64,000 nt of DNA. Source: Candidatus Cryptobacteroides sp. Its GTDB lineage: Bacteria > Bacteroidota > Bacteroidia > Bacteroidales > UBA932. Shown piece after piece: positions 29,664 to 40,100 of the stretch. The notes below the pieces were generated by a model. That model did no database searches. It was not told where the DNA came from and worked only from the letters and a program-made list of their open reading frames with translations. Numbering within the stretch: the first letter of the stretch is position 1; every line of letters starts with the position of its first letter. The DNA lies in NCBI GenBank assembly GCA_045614445.1, contig JAZLCW010000009.1:5276-69275 (forward strand). Reading direction: 5' to 3'. Both the position numbers and the translations under genes were made by a program.

Positions 29664-32018
29664 ATGAAAAAGAGAACGTATCTCACCCTTATCACCTGTA
29701 TAACTATTTCATTCTCAAGCATTCAGACCGGTGCTCAGATTCCAGCCCAGCTGGAACATTTCGAAATCAAGGATGTCCATCTCACAGAAAGCGCATTCAA
29801 GAAGGCGCAGGACATGGACATCAGATATCTCCTGTCATTGGATCCTGACAGACTGCTTGCTCCTTACATGAAGGAAGCAGGGCTGAAGCCTAAGGCTGAG
29901 AACTATACGAACTGGGAGAATACCGGACTGGACGGTCACGTAGGCGGTCACTATCTGTCCGCACTTTCCTATATGTATGCATCCACAGGGAATCAGGAAA
30001 TCAAAGACAGGCTGGACTACTATATCTCGGAGCTGAAACGATGCGTGGACCAGGAGGGTTACCTGAGCGGTGTTCCACACGGAAGGCAGATCTGGAAGGA
30101 GATTTCCGAAGGCAATATCAGAGCGGCTTCATTCGGTCTGAACGACAGATGGGTACCTCTGTATAATATCCATAAGATATATGCAGGACTTCGCGACGCA
30201 TATCTTATTACAGGCAGCAAGGATGCATTGAAGATGTTCCTTGGCCTGACTGAGTGGATGTACCAGCTCACAGAGGGACTGAGTGAAGAACAGCTCCAGG
30301 ATATGCTGAGGAGTGAGCAAGGAGGTCTGAATGAAGTATTTGCGGATGCAGCGGCATTGAGTGGCGACCCAAGATATCTTGATCTGGCAAAGAGATTTTC
30401 ACACAAATACCTCCTCGGCTTCCTTCTGGAAAAAGAGGACAGGCTCACAGGAATGCACGCCAACACCCAGATTCCTAAGGTAATCGGATATAAGAGGATT
30501 GCAGATATCGAAGGTCTGCAGGACTGGGATGAGGCAGCGGAATTCTTCTGGGAGACTGTGGTCGAGAAAAGAAGCATCAGCATCGGAGGAAACAGTGTCT
30601 ATGAACACTTCCATCCGGCTGAAGACTTCTCATCAATGCTCACCAGCGAACAGGGTCCGGAGACCTGCAACACTTACAATATGCTGAGACTCACCAAGAT
30701 GCTTTACACCACAAGCAGTGATTCAAAGTATATGGACTATTACGAAAGGGCTCTTTACAATCATATCCTTTCCACCATCAATCCGATCCAGGGAGGATTC
30801 GTATATTTCACCCCTATGCGTTCAGGGCACTACAGAGTGTATTCACAGCCTCAGACAAGTTTCTGGTGCTGCGTAGGCTCAGGTATCGAGAATCACGCAC
30901 GCTACGGTGAAATGATCTATTCTCACAAAGGAGACAAAGAGTTGATTGTGAATCTGTTCATCCCGTCTGTCCTGCGATGGGGCAAGACCGTCATCGAGCA
31001 GAAGAATAGCTTCCCTGCAGAGGAAGGAACTACACTCATCATTAGCCCGAAGAAAAACACAGAATTCACCGTCAGCATACGTATTCCGGAATGGACCGAA
31101 GCTGACAATATGAATCCGAAGGTCAATGGCATGGCTGTCGAATATGTGATCGAGAACAATCTCCTGAAGATAGACAGGAAATGGTCGGAAGGTGACAGAT
31201 TGACAATAAATCTTCCGATGACTCTCAGAGCGGTGCAACTTCCGGACAAGTCTGAAAATTACTCCTTCATGTATGGTCCGATGGTATTGGCAGCTTCTCT
31301 TGGAAAAGAGGATCAGCTGGGAATGTACGCCGATGACAGCAGGGGTGGACATATCGCCGCAGGCAAGCAGCTGCCGCTCAATGAGATGCCTCTGATAGTA
31401 GGAGAAAAGGAGGATATGCTCTCGCTCATAAGCAAGGTGGAAGGCAAGCCGCTTACCTTCAGGATGACAGGACTTGCTCCGTTGAAATACAAGGAACTGA
31501 CTCTGGTACCATTCTCTTCTCTGCACGAATGCCGCTATATGGTGTATTGGCCATTGGTCTCAGACAATGAGTGGAAGGCAAGACTTGCAAAGCAGGAGAT
31601 GGATGAGAGAGCCAGAATTGCTCTGGAAATGATCACTGCAGATAAGGTGATATGTGGAGAGCAGCAGCCGGAAAGCGACCATTTCGCAGCTGTGGCACAT
31701 TCGGTAAACGGCGACAACGACGGCCGTCATTGGAGAATGACAGGTCCGGAGGGATGGTTCAGCTATACGATGAATCCTAAAGACAATACAATCCAGCATA
31801 TCAGAATCACATGCAGAGGATCGGAAGGCAATGAGGCAATGGTCATGGTAAACGGAGTCGAGGCAGGCAGTTTCAAGACGATGATGCCTGGAAATGACGA
31901 GATGCACCTGGTTCCGGTTCCGGCAGAGCTTCAGAATGCGGATCTTATGACAGTGACGGTCAAAGGTATAAATGGTCAGTCTTCTCCTATGATTTACGAA
32001 GTGAGATTGTCTTTATAA
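29664..32018 (+). CDS. GH127/GH146 beta-L-arabinofuranosidase
   Basis: GHVGGHYLSA, HANTQIPK, ETCNTYNM, WCCVGSG; C-terminal GEQQPESDH domain. Confidence 0.9.
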   Translation: MKKRTYLTLITCITISFSSIQTGAQIPAQLEHFEIKDVHLTESAFKKAQDMDIRYLLSLDPDRLLAPYMKEAGLKPKAENYTNWENTGLDGHVGGHYLSALSYMYASTGNQEIKDRLDYYISELKRCVDQEGYLSGVPHGRQIWKEISEGNIRAASFGLNDRWVPLYNIHKIYAGLRDAYLITGSKDALKMFLGLTEWMYQLTEGLSEEQLQDMLRSEQGGLNEVFADAAALSGDPRYLDLAKRFSHKYLLGFLLEKEDRLTGMHANTQIPKVIGYKRIADIEGLQDWDEAAEFFWETVVEKRSISIGGNSVYEHFHPAEDFSSMLTSEQGPETCNTYNMLRLTKMLYTTSSDSKYMDYYERALYNHILSTINPIQGGFVYFTPMRSGHYRVYSQPQTSFWCCVGSGIENHARYGEMIYSHKGDKELIVNLFIPSVLRWGKTVIEQKNSFPAEEGTTLIISPKKNTEFTVSIRIPEWTEADNMNPKVNGMAVEYVIENNLLKIDRKWSEGDRLTINLPMTLRAVQLPDKSENYSFMYGPMVLAASLGKEDQLGMYADDSRGGHIAAGKQLPLNEMPLIVGEKEDMLSLISKVEGKPLTFRMTGLAPLKYKELTLVPFSSLHECRYMVYWPLVSDNEWKARLAKQEMDERARIALEMITADKVICGEQQPESDHFAAVAHSVNGDNDGRHWRMTGPEGWFSYTMNPKDNTIQHIRITCRGSEGNEAMVMVNGVEAGSFKTMMPGNDEMHLVPVPAELQNADLMTVTVKGINGQSSPMIYEVRLSL

Positions 32019-32020
32019 CA

Positions 32021-32187
32021 GATAATAAAATTGAAGAGCGAGTAGGTAAGTTTGGCGGGCGTGGCCACCCTCGGCCTCGCCGCGTTAGAGGGAGGGGCCC
32101 GCCGCGCAGCGGTGGGAGGGACGAAGTCGGAACTTGTTCCGACGAAGCCACGCCAGACTTACCTGCTCAGTGGTCAATTTTATTATC
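32021..32187 (+). repeat. Structured repeat, copy 3 (core 32040-32168) inside a 14-bp perfect outer inverted repeat
   Basis: GAGTAGGTAAGTTTGGCG/CGCCAGACTTACCTGCTC stem; GGGAGGGG-CCCGCCG/CGGTGGG-AGGG; GTCGGAACTTGTTCCGAC identical to copy 2; flanks GATAATAAAATTGA and TCAATTTTATTATC. Confidence 0.85.
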
Positions 32188-34750
32188 GACTGCAAGGAGA
32201 TTCCGTTCCCATAAGATAGGATTCCTGATAGCCGCCAAAATCGATTACAAACTTCTCGAAAACGATACCCGGATCGAGAGGTTCTACGACCAGCTCATAC
32301 ATACCAGACTCATTTTCCGGCAGCTTCAGATCAATTTTCTCTATTGCAACCCTTCTGGCGACAGTAGGATAATAGATTGAATAGATGTTCTCCGGCTTTT
32401 CATTCAGATCATCATTGAAGCAACGCTCCACAGTTTCACCACCTTTGAATCCGACACGATAGCTGTGTCCGTTCTCATCGTGAAACGCCAGAGTCGATTT
32501 GGTAGCCACATACACTCTTACATTCTTCACATCCGAAGGAAGGGTCATCTTGTAGGTCAGTGCCGCACCATCCACAGGCACGGTATAAGGCATCAGAGCC
32601 ACGCCTCCCAGCGTCCTGCCCATGTCCGGAATCAGTGTCCAGCGACCTTCAGCAGAATCCGATTTAGAAAAGACATGAGGTGCCTCGATTGAAACGTACC
32701 CATTACTTGGGGAGAAGACAAACTCATCAGCAAAATCCTCGTAATCAATGCGATACACTTCAGGCACGGTATCCTCAGGGAAAGTATCGTTCCAGATTGT
32801 ATAACCGATATGCTTCTGGATCATCATATTCTTCCACTTGCCCCCTGCCATCACATTATTGTATTGATCTGTAAGGAACTTGTCACGTGCAAAGCATGCC
32901 TCGACCTTGTCGGCCCATTGATTCGCAGCAGGGTCGCCGCAGGCATAAAGATGATGGTTCATTGCCTGCGCATAGTACATTTCGTAAAGATTGGCCATCG
33001 CCTGCACAGGGAAAAGGATGAGCTGGAAATACGCATCCTTGACATTGTCAGGAAGAGTCAGATATTGTCTCAAAGCCTCTGTCTCCAGCTTAAGATATTC
33101 GTGGGAAACCTGTTTCCATTCGCCTGTATGGAGATTATATGTATGACGGTCGAGCATTTCCGGCGTAATGCGGCCATTGTATTTGCTGTAGAGATTTAAG
33201 ATTCTTGCAGCCTCAGCGGCATGGTCCGGGCCGAACTGCTGACGGCAGAAATCCAAGGTGTGGTCCTTGAGGTTGGATATATTGAAGCGCTCCGGATTCC
33301 AGGCCATATCCAGGAAAAGAGTGATAGGATATTCCATCGGCTTGAGGTCGCCGACATTAAGCACCCAAAGGCGGTCGACTCCGTATGAATATGTCAGCTG
33401 CATCTGCTCCCATATATTCTGCACAGGAGTGATATTGAGCCACTTGGAGTTACGCGGGGCACCGACATAATCCACATGGTAATACATTCCCCAGCCTCCG
33501 GCTCTCTCCCGCTCGGCTGCATTCGGAAGACGGCGTACATCTCCCCAATTGTCGTCGGAAAGAAGGATTGTGACATCATCCGGCACACGAAGACCTTTCT
33601 CATAGAGGGTCTGGACCTCCTTGTAAAGTGCCCATACCTGCGGACGCTCTGAAGCCGGACGTCCTGTAGCTTTCTTTATGATCCTACGCTGATTGTCAAA
33701 GATCTTCTGCATCATACGGATCATATAATCATAGTCAGGAACAAACTTGTCATCCTGTCCTTCCTTTCCTCCCATTGCAGTATCTCCGTCACCTCGCATT
33801 CCGATAGTGATAAGATCCTCTGTATCAGCGGCTCTTTCGATTCCCTCGCGGAAGAACTTATCGATTACCTTCTGATTGGATGCATAATCCCATACACCAT
33901 ATTCACTCCTTCTGCGTGCCCATTCCTGATGGTTTCTGGCCATCGGCTCATGATGTGATGTTCCGACAATGATTCCCATTTCATCAGCTGTCCTGCTGTT
34001 CAGAGGATCATCTTCATAGAAGGCCCAGCTCCACATTGCCGGCCATATGAAATTTGCTCTGAGACGAAGGAGAAGCTCGAATACACGCTCATAGAAACGA
34101 TGATCGCCATAATCTGTTCCGTATGTATGCTTTACCCAACCGGTCAGACAAGGTGCTTCATCATTAAGGAAAATACCCCTGTACCGGACTGCAGGTTCAC
34201 CTGCTGTGTATGTTCCTCGGGCAATTGTCATATCCTTATGCTGAGCCACCGGAACATCGGCCCAGTCATACCAAGGAGAGACTCCTATCTGTTCTGAAAG
34301 TTCATAGATTCCATAGACAGTTCCTCTGCGGTCGCTTCCGGCGATCACCAACGCCTCGCAAACCCCGTCCATAGGATTGCTCACAAATGCCATAAGATAC
34401 TTCTCATTACATCCTTGTAAAGGAGTCACATCCAGCACTCCTTCAGAAACAAGGCTTTGGATGAGTTCCGATTCCAACGATCCAACTATTATAGCACGGT
34501 CGGAAACAACAGACTCGCACAGCTGAGGCTTCACACCGGAAACCATCATGAAATCATTCTGCAGATCCTTGACAGCGTGCATGACAGCCTTATTGTCAGA
34601 GAAAGAAACGATTATCGGGACAGGCTGTCCGTTTTCGATAAGAACGAAACCTTCAGAATGGCAGCCAGGTTTAGTAATACCAGGATGATCTATCGCAAAA
34701 ACATTGGCCGAAAATGCCAAAACAAGCAGAATTGTCAGAATCTTTTTCAT
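32183..34750 (-). CDS. GH115 xylan alpha-glucuronidase
   Basis: YRGIFLNDE, WPAMW, TSHHEPM, GMRGDGD, DDNWG, YYHVDYVG, NVGDLKP. Confidence 0.93.
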   Translation of the reverse strand: MKKILTILLVLAFSANVFAIDHPGITKPGCHSEGFVLIENGQPVPIIVSFSDNKAVMHAVKDLQNDFMMVSGVKPQLCESVVSDRAIIVGSLESELIQSLVSEGVLDVTPLQGCNEKYLMAFVSNPMDGVCEALVIAGSDRRGTVYGIYELSEQIGVSPWYDWADVPVAQHKDMTIARGTYTAGEPAVRYRGIFLNDEAPCLTGWVKHTYGTDYGDHRFYERVFELLLRLRANFIWPAMWSWAFYEDDPLNSRTADEMGIIVGTSHHEPMARNHQEWARRRSEYGVWDYASNQKVIDKFFREGIERAADTEDLITIGMRGDGDTAMGGKEGQDDKFVPDYDYMIRMMQKIFDNQRRIIKKATGRPASERPQVWALYKEVQTLYEKGLRVPDDVTILLSDDNWGDVRRLPNAAERERAGGWGMYYHVDYVGAPRNSKWLNITPVQNIWEQMQLTYSYGVDRLWVLNVGDLKPMEYPITLFLDMAWNPERFNISNLKDHTLDFCRQQFGPDHAAEAARILNLYSKYNGRITPEMLDRHTYNLHTGEWKQVSHEYLKLETEALRQYLTLPDNVKDAYFQLILFPVQAMANLYEMYYAQAMNHHLYACGDPAANQWADKVEACFARDKFLTDQYNNVMAGGKWKNMMIQKHIGYTIWNDTFPEDTVPEVYRIDYEDFADEFVFSPSNGYVSIEAPHVFSKSDSAEGRWTLIPDMGRTLGGVALMPYTVPVDGAALTYKMTLPSDVKNVRVYVATKSTLAFHDENGHSYRVGFKGGETVERCFNDDLNEKPENIYSIYYPTVARRVAIEKIDLKLPENESGMYELVVEPLDPGIVFEKFVIDFGGYQESYLMGTESPCSR

Positions 34751-34768
34751 ATTGACTGATTATTTGCA

Positions 34769-34839
34769 CAAATTTAAAAAACTTAGACGGTATAATTAAA
34801 GGAGGAATTTCAATTTCCTCCCAATAAATATTAAATTTG
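34769..34839. promoter_or_regulatory. Divergent promoters for GH115 and GH3 with a central inverted repeat
   Basis: TAAATTTG on both strands (34769-34776 minus, 34832-34839 plus); GGAGGAA-N7-TTCCTCC at 34801-34821. Confidence 0.5.
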
Positions 34840-34861
34840 AGACAATTTTAACGATCCCACA

Positions 34862-37798
34862 ATGAAACGCATTGCATCACTCCTGATGGCCGCTCTTTTT
34901 TTCGCGGCTTCAATCAGCGCGGCAGTCTGGAAAAGCCCGCTTTCCTTTGATTCATATCAGTGGAATTTCGGAAGCATCAATCCATCAGAAGGCACCGTCT
35001 GTCACACATTCACATTCACCAACAAGTCCAAGGCCGCAGTGAGCATTCATGCAGATATTCCAAGCTGCGAATGCATCAGGGCATTCTACGACAATGACGC
35101 AGTTGAGCCTGGAGAAAGCGCCGAGGTGATGATAGCCTATTCTCCGAGAAAAGACAGAGGCAAAAGTTACAGAAGAGTGGAACTGACTGACAGAGACGGC
35201 AATACATTGGCCTCCCTGTCCATCGAAGCGGATGTCACAGAGCCTTCAGAGGTGGCAAACGATGAATATCCTTACCTCGACACTTCCCTCTCCTACGCCG
35301 AGCGTACAGAGAATCTGATCTCACTGCTGACTCCAGAAGAAAAGGTAGGCCTGATGATGAACAAATCCGTTTCAGTCGACAGGCTCGGCATTCCATCATA
35401 CAACTGGTGGAGCGAGGCTTGCCACGGCGTACGTCAGGATGGCTACACAGTCTATCCTCAGCCGATCGGAATGGCTGCGGCATTCAACGCTGAAATGGTC
35501 TATGAAGTATTCTCTACCGTTTCAGACGAGGCTCGTGCCAACTGGAACCGCTCAGATCATAATGTATTCAATGTTCCGATGGGAGTAATCTATTACCCTG
35601 GAAACCCTGAACTTACCTTCTGGTGTCCCAATGTGAACATATTCCGTGACCCACGCTGGGGACGAGGCCAGGAGACCTGCGGAGAAGACCCTTACCTTAA
35701 TGCGGTACTGGGAGTCCAGACAGTATTGGGTATGCAGGGAAATGACGACCGTTATTTCAAGACACACGCCTGCGCCAAGCATTATGCGGTACACAGCGGT
35801 CCGGAGCCACTACGTCACACTTACGATGCATCCGTTTCGATGCGCGACCTTTGGGAAACCTACCTCCCTGCTTTCAAGGCTCTTGTAAAGAAAGGCAATG
35901 TACGCGAAGTGATGTGTGCCTACAACCGATACGAAGGTATTCCTTGCTGTACCAGTGACCGTCTCCTGGTGGATATCCTTCGCCGCAAATGGGACTATGA
36001 CGGAATCGTGCTTACCGACTGTGATGCCATCAACAATTTCTATAATAAAGGCCAGCACGAAACTCACCCAGACCCGCTTTCCGCTTCTGTCGATGCAATA
36101 TTGAACGGTACGGACCTCGAATGCGGAAAAGTGTTCATGGTTCTGACCGAAGCCCTTGACAAAGGGATGATCGACGAAGCTGTTCTCGACGGACATCTCC
36201 GCAAGACCTTGTACGGCAGATTTGAGCTGGGTATGTTCGACCCTGCCGAAATGCTCCCATGGGCCGATATGGGTGAAGATGTGATAAGCAGCGAATCAAA
36301 TCACAGACTCGCAGTGCAGGCGGCACGCGAGTCAATGGTACTGCTTCATAACAACGGCATCCTCCCACTTGCAAAGAATCTGAAGAAGATTGCAGTGGTA
36401 GGACCGAATGCTGATGACGCCGCCCTCCTTAACGGTAACTACGGCGGAACTCCGACCAAGGAACACACCCGCACCCTTCTCGAAGGAATCCGCGCAGCGG
36501 TCCCAGGAACCGAAATATATTACAGCAAGGCCTGTGAACTGGATGATGACTACGAAACTGTTCCGCATCTGCACGAATTCAATGATGGAAAAGGAGTATT
36601 CGTAGAGTTCTTCAACAACAAGGAACTCAGTGGAGAACCTGACAGGACCGGTTATTACAACACCCTGAACTTCTCGACATTCGGAGCATGGGGATTTGCA
36701 GAAGGAATCAGCACAGACAATGTATCTGTAAGAGTGACAGGACAATACAAGGCCACATACACTGGAGAGATGAAGTATAGCATAGCAAGCGACAACGGCT
36801 ATGTTCTCAAGATCAATGGCGAAGTGATCGACGACGGAGCATCGAGCGGAATGCGCCGCGGTTTCGGATTCAGAAGACAGGTGGAATACAAATCATTCCC
36901 TGTTGTCGAAGGTCAGACTTATGACATGCAGATCGAATACAGAAGAGGAAACGGCAATTTCGCTATGTTCCGCACTGAGATCTGCGAAAGAAGACTCATC
37001 GAATTCGACTCACTCGCATCTGAAGTGGCAGATGCCGATGCAATAATAATCATCGGAGGTATCTCGGCGCAGATGGAAGGCGAAGGCGGTGACAAAGAGA
37101 CAATCGAGCTTCCGAGCGTCCAGCAGAGACTTCTGCGTGCAATGCACAAGACCGGGAAGCCTGTAGTATTCGTAAACTGCTCAGGCTCTGCCATTGCATT
37201 CGGATGTCTGGAAGGTGAATATGATGCTCTCCTTCAGGCATGGTATCCAGGACAGGGTGGTTCAGAGGCTCTCGCAGATGTGATCTTCGGAGACTATAAC
37301 CCTGGAGGAAAGCTCCCTGTGACATTCTATGCTTCAAATGACGATCTTCCTGACTTCCTCGACTACAGCATGGAGAACCGCACTTACCGTTATTTCTGCG
37401 GCACACCGCAGTACGCATTCGGATACGGTCTTTCATACACCGGTTTCGAGGTAGGCAAGGCAAAGATTTCAGGAAAATCGATGAAGACAGACGGTTCTGT
37501 GAAGATTACAGTACCTGTGACCAACATCGGTGATCGTGAAGGAACTGAGACTATCCAGATATATGTCAAGGCTCTCGACTACGCTGAAGCTCCTGTCAAA
37601 TCCCTCAGAGGATTCCAGAAAGTCCGTCTCCAGCCTGGGGAAACAGCAAAAGCTGAGATTGTTCTCGATGGTGAAGCATTCGAATACTACGACCCATCGA
37701 TTGATGAACTCTCTCCAAGGCCAGGCAGATACCAGATCCTCTACGGAACCTCATCACTTGAAAAAGACTTGAAAACAATAAATTTAATAGTAAAATAA
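34862..37798 (+). CDS. GH3 beta-xylosidase with PA14 insertion, Fn3-like tail and N-terminal DUF1573-like domain
   Basis: WWSEACHG, RDPRWGRGQE, KHYA, TDCDA, AWYPGQ; N-terminal FGSI..HTFTFTN..SCEC. Confidence 0.9.
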   Translation: MKRIASLLMAALFFAASISAAVWKSPLSFDSYQWNFGSINPSEGTVCHTFTFTNKSKAAVSIHADIPSCECIRAFYDNDAVEPGESAEVMIAYSPRKDRGKSYRRVELTDRDGNTLASLSIEADVTEPSEVANDEYPYLDTSLSYAERTENLISLLTPEEKVGLMMNKSVSVDRLGIPSYNWWSEACHGVRQDGYTVYPQPIGMAAAFNAEMVYEVFSTVSDEARANWNRSDHNVFNVPMGVIYYPGNPELTFWCPNVNIFRDPRWGRGQETCGEDPYLNAVLGVQTVLGMQGNDDRYFKTHACAKHYAVHSGPEPLRHTYDASVSMRDLWETYLPAFKALVKKGNVREVMCAYNRYEGIPCCTSDRLLVDILRRKWDYDGIVLTDCDAINNFYNKGQHETHPDPLSASVDAILNGTDLECGKVFMVLTEALDKGMIDEAVLDGHLRKTLYGRFELGMFDPAEMLPWADMGEDVISSESNHRLAVQAARESMVLLHNNGILPLAKNLKKIAVVGPNADDAALLNGNYGGTPTKEHTRTLLEGIRAAVPGTEIYYSKACELDDDYETVPHLHEFNDGKGVFVEFFNNKELSGEPDRTGYYNTLNFSTFGAWGFAEGISTDNVSVRVTGQYKATYTGEMKYSIASDNGYVLKINGEVIDDGASSGMRRGFGFRRQVEYKSFPVVEGQTYDMQIEYRRGNGNFAMFRTEICERRLIEFDSLASEVADADAIIIIGGISAQMEGEGGDKETIELPSVQQRLLRAMHKTGKPVVFVNCSGSAIAFGCLEGEYDALLQAWYPGQGGSEALADVIFGDYNPGGKLPVTFYASNDDLPDFLDYSMENRTYRYFCGTPQYAFGYGLSYTGFEVGKAKISGKSMKTDGSVKITVPVTNIGDREGTETIQIYVKALDYAEAPVKSLRGFQKVRLQPGETAKAEIVLDGEAFEYYDPSIDELSPRPGRYQILYGTSSLEKDLKTINLIVK

Positions 37799-37804
37799 AG
37801 ACCT

Positions 37805-37930
37805 ATGAAACATGATTACAAAGCGCCTGAGATAGAAATCATCAGGCTTGAAACAGAACAATGTATTATGAGCGGAAGCAATGCTCCGGGATTTGGTCCG
37901 GGGACAGACTTAGATGAATTCTTAGACTAA
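37805..37930 (+). CDS. 41-aa micropeptide MKHDYKAPEIEIIRLETEQCIMSGSNAPGFGPGTDLDEFLD
   Basis: Clean ORF filling the gap with 6-nt spacers on each side; YxxP-E-I-E-I-I motif seen in small Bacteroidales ORFs preceding fimbrillin-like lipoproteins; missed by the ORF track. Confidence 0.75.
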   Translation: MKHDYKAPEIEIIRLETEQCIMSGSNAPGFGPGTDLDEFLD

Positions 37931-37936
37931 AGTGTT

Positions 37937-40063
37937 ATGAAAAGACTGTTTTATTCTACAATATACGCTGCCACACTGTTTACATCTACCATCTTCAGCA
38001 GTTGCGTTAAAGAGGCAGTTATACCCGAGTCCCATGAAGAGGAGACCATTACACTCAGAATAACTGCGAATCTCCCCGAAGACCCGCAGACCCGTCTCAA
38101 TTACTATGAAAGCGGCAAGTCTTTGAAGGCATACTGGAGCAGCGATGACCAGCTGGCGGTCAACGGCCAGCCACACACCACCTCCTACCTCTATATATTC
38201 AATCTTGTAGAAGGTGAGAATACTTCCACAGGTGTATTTGAATGTACAGCAAGTACAACAAACAGGCTGCCGCAATATCTGAAGACAAACGCATGGACTA
38301 TATATTTCCCTGGCTCAAAGATAGTATGCGAGAGTGACTACCTGAATTTCTCTTATAACGGACAGGTTCAGACAGGCAACAACAACCTGGATCATCTGAA
38401 GGATTACCATACGATAAGACTGCTATGTACTGACGGAAGTGAAGAATCCTCTACTGTATTCCAAGATGCATTCATAGATTTCTCTGGAGATGAATACGAA
38501 GAGTCGTCTTGTATGAAATTCCAGCTTACAGGGTTTCCATCCGTTACCCCTACTGAAGTTTCATTGAAATACACAGCTCCATCCGGGTATAGTTCGCAAT
38601 GTTTCCACACATATAACTATCTTGATGAATACTGGAGCGGAAGTTCATCTCCAAATCCGAATGTTTCCGATAAGATTTCTATCAGACTGGATGAATTTGC
38701 GCCTTGCACCGAAGCGAATGTATATATGATGATGTCAAATTATCCTGTAAAGCTCAAAGCCGGAGGTAAACTGACCATCAGTGTAAAGAGCAGGGAAGGA
38801 AAGCTTTTAAGCTGCCAGAAAACCTTGAGATCCGATGTCACCCTCGAAGGAGGCCGCCTCCACAGGATAAGCGGCTCGGAATGGACAGAAACCATGGTAG
38901 AAAACATTGATGGATTTGACGATCCTGATAACGGCATTATCGTCCTTCAGGAAGCGACAAGAGGCACCGGAACCGATATCATCATTATGGGTGACGGATT
39001 CTCGAAAACACATTTCGGCAAAAACGGAAATTATGAACAAATAATGCAGAAAGCTTATGATGATCTGTTCAGCGTAGAGCCATATGCATCATTGCAGGAT
39101 TATTTCAATGTATATTATATCAAGGCCGTATCTGACGAAGACCACGATGCCACTCCACAACTGAACGGCGCTATCCAGGGTGATGCCAATACAGTATTCT
39201 CTACACAATTCAAAAGAGGCAGCACCAGTATAAACGGAGATGATGGTGCCGTGCTTTCATATGCTCAGCAGGCCATCCGCTATAAGGGAGGAAAAGGCGG
39301 CACCAGATGCACTGATGAATCTGAAATCCTATCGCGCACCAATTCTTCACTTATGGTGGTGATGGTGAATGTAGCATGCCACGCCGGAACATGCACTATA
39401 AGTTACAACAACCAGAATGACTATTGCAAGACAAATTCTATAGCCTATTGCTCCCTTTCTACCAGCGCTGAGCACCGCAGACTTACACTCTTGCACGAAG
39501 CAGGTGGCCACGGATTCGGAAAACTTGCTGATGAATATGACGGAGAGTTCATAAGCAGCTTCTACACAGGAGACTGGAACAATCTCATCACATATCATGG
39601 CTGGGGCCTATACAGAAACGTAAACGAGCACTGGACAGCACAGGAAAAGGCAGACGGCTGGAGTAAGGATTTAAGAGACACTTATACAGACGAAAGCAAT
39701 GTATATTGGACAGAACTTTTTGATCCTGATTTCGGATATGTAGAATCAGAAGGTCTCGGTATATACAGAGGTGCATACACCTTTGACAATCTCTACTGCC
39801 GTTCTACCAATAACAGTCTGATGCGTGACCAGTTCGCCACAAACGGAAATTTCTTCAATGCGATTTCAAGATGGACGATATGGTACCGCCTGATGAAACT
39901 TACAGGCAGCACATCTGCGACTGATTTCAAATCATCACTGAACGAATTCATAGCATTCGACAATACGCTTACAATCGACATGAGCAGTTCTGCGATGACA
40001 CGTAGCAGTGATACAGAAGGTTTGCTGCCTCTTGCGCCACCTGTTCTTAAAGAGGTTGAATAA
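37937..40063 (+). CDS. Lipoprotein with fimbrillin-like N-terminus and C-terminal M64 (IgA-peptidase-like) metallopeptidase domain
   Basis: IFSS-C lipobox, PQTR, W..DD.L.V; DIIIMGDGF, FSVEPY..YFNVY, HEAGGHGFGKLADEY, SLMR, FNAISR. Confidence 0.82.
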   Translation: MKRLFYSTIYAATLFTSTIFSSCVKEAVIPESHEEETITLRITANLPEDPQTRLNYYESGKSLKAYWSSDDQLAVNGQPHTTSYLYIFNLVEGENTSTGVFECTASTTNRLPQYLKTNAWTIYFPGSKIVCESDYLNFSYNGQVQTGNNNLDHLKDYHTIRLLCTDGSEESSTVFQDAFIDFSGDEYEESSCMKFQLTGFPSVTPTEVSLKYTAPSGYSSQCFHTYNYLDEYWSGSSSPNPNVSDKISIRLDEFAPCTEANVYMMMSNYPVKLKAGGKLTISVKSREGKLLSCQKTLRSDVTLEGGRLHRISGSEWTETMVENIDGFDDPDNGIIVLQEATRGTGTDIIIMGDGFSKTHFGKNGNYEQIMQKAYDDLFSVEPYASLQDYFNVYYIKAVSDEDHDATPQLNGAIQGDANTVFSTQFKRGSTSINGDDGAVLSYAQQAIRYKGGKGGTRCTDESEILSRTNSSLMVVMVNVACHAGTCTISYNNQNDYCKTNSIAYCSLSTSAEHRRLTLLHEAGGHGFGKLADEYDGEFISSFYTGDWNNLITYHGWGLYRNVNEHWTAQEKADGWSKDLRDTYTDESNVYWTELFDPDFGYVESEGLGIYRGAYTFDNLYCRSTNNSLMRDQFATNGNFFNAISRWTIWYRLMKLTGSTSATDFKSSLNEFIAFDNTLTIDMSSSAMTRSSDTEGLLPLAPPVLKEVE

Positions 40064-40070
40064 CATAAAG

Positions 40071-40100
40071 ATTGAGGCTGGGAAATTTCCCGGCCTCAAT
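40071..40100. terminator. Bidirectional terminator
   Basis: ATTGAGGCTGGGA-aatt-TCCCGGCCTCAAT between convergent genes. Confidence 0.7.

Noticed and set aside
37805-37930. Lasso peptide or other RiPP cluster
   Set aside because: A YxxP motif is present, but no cyclase, leader peptidase, RRE or exporter is nearby, and the radical SAM gene at 9660 is far away and of a common type.
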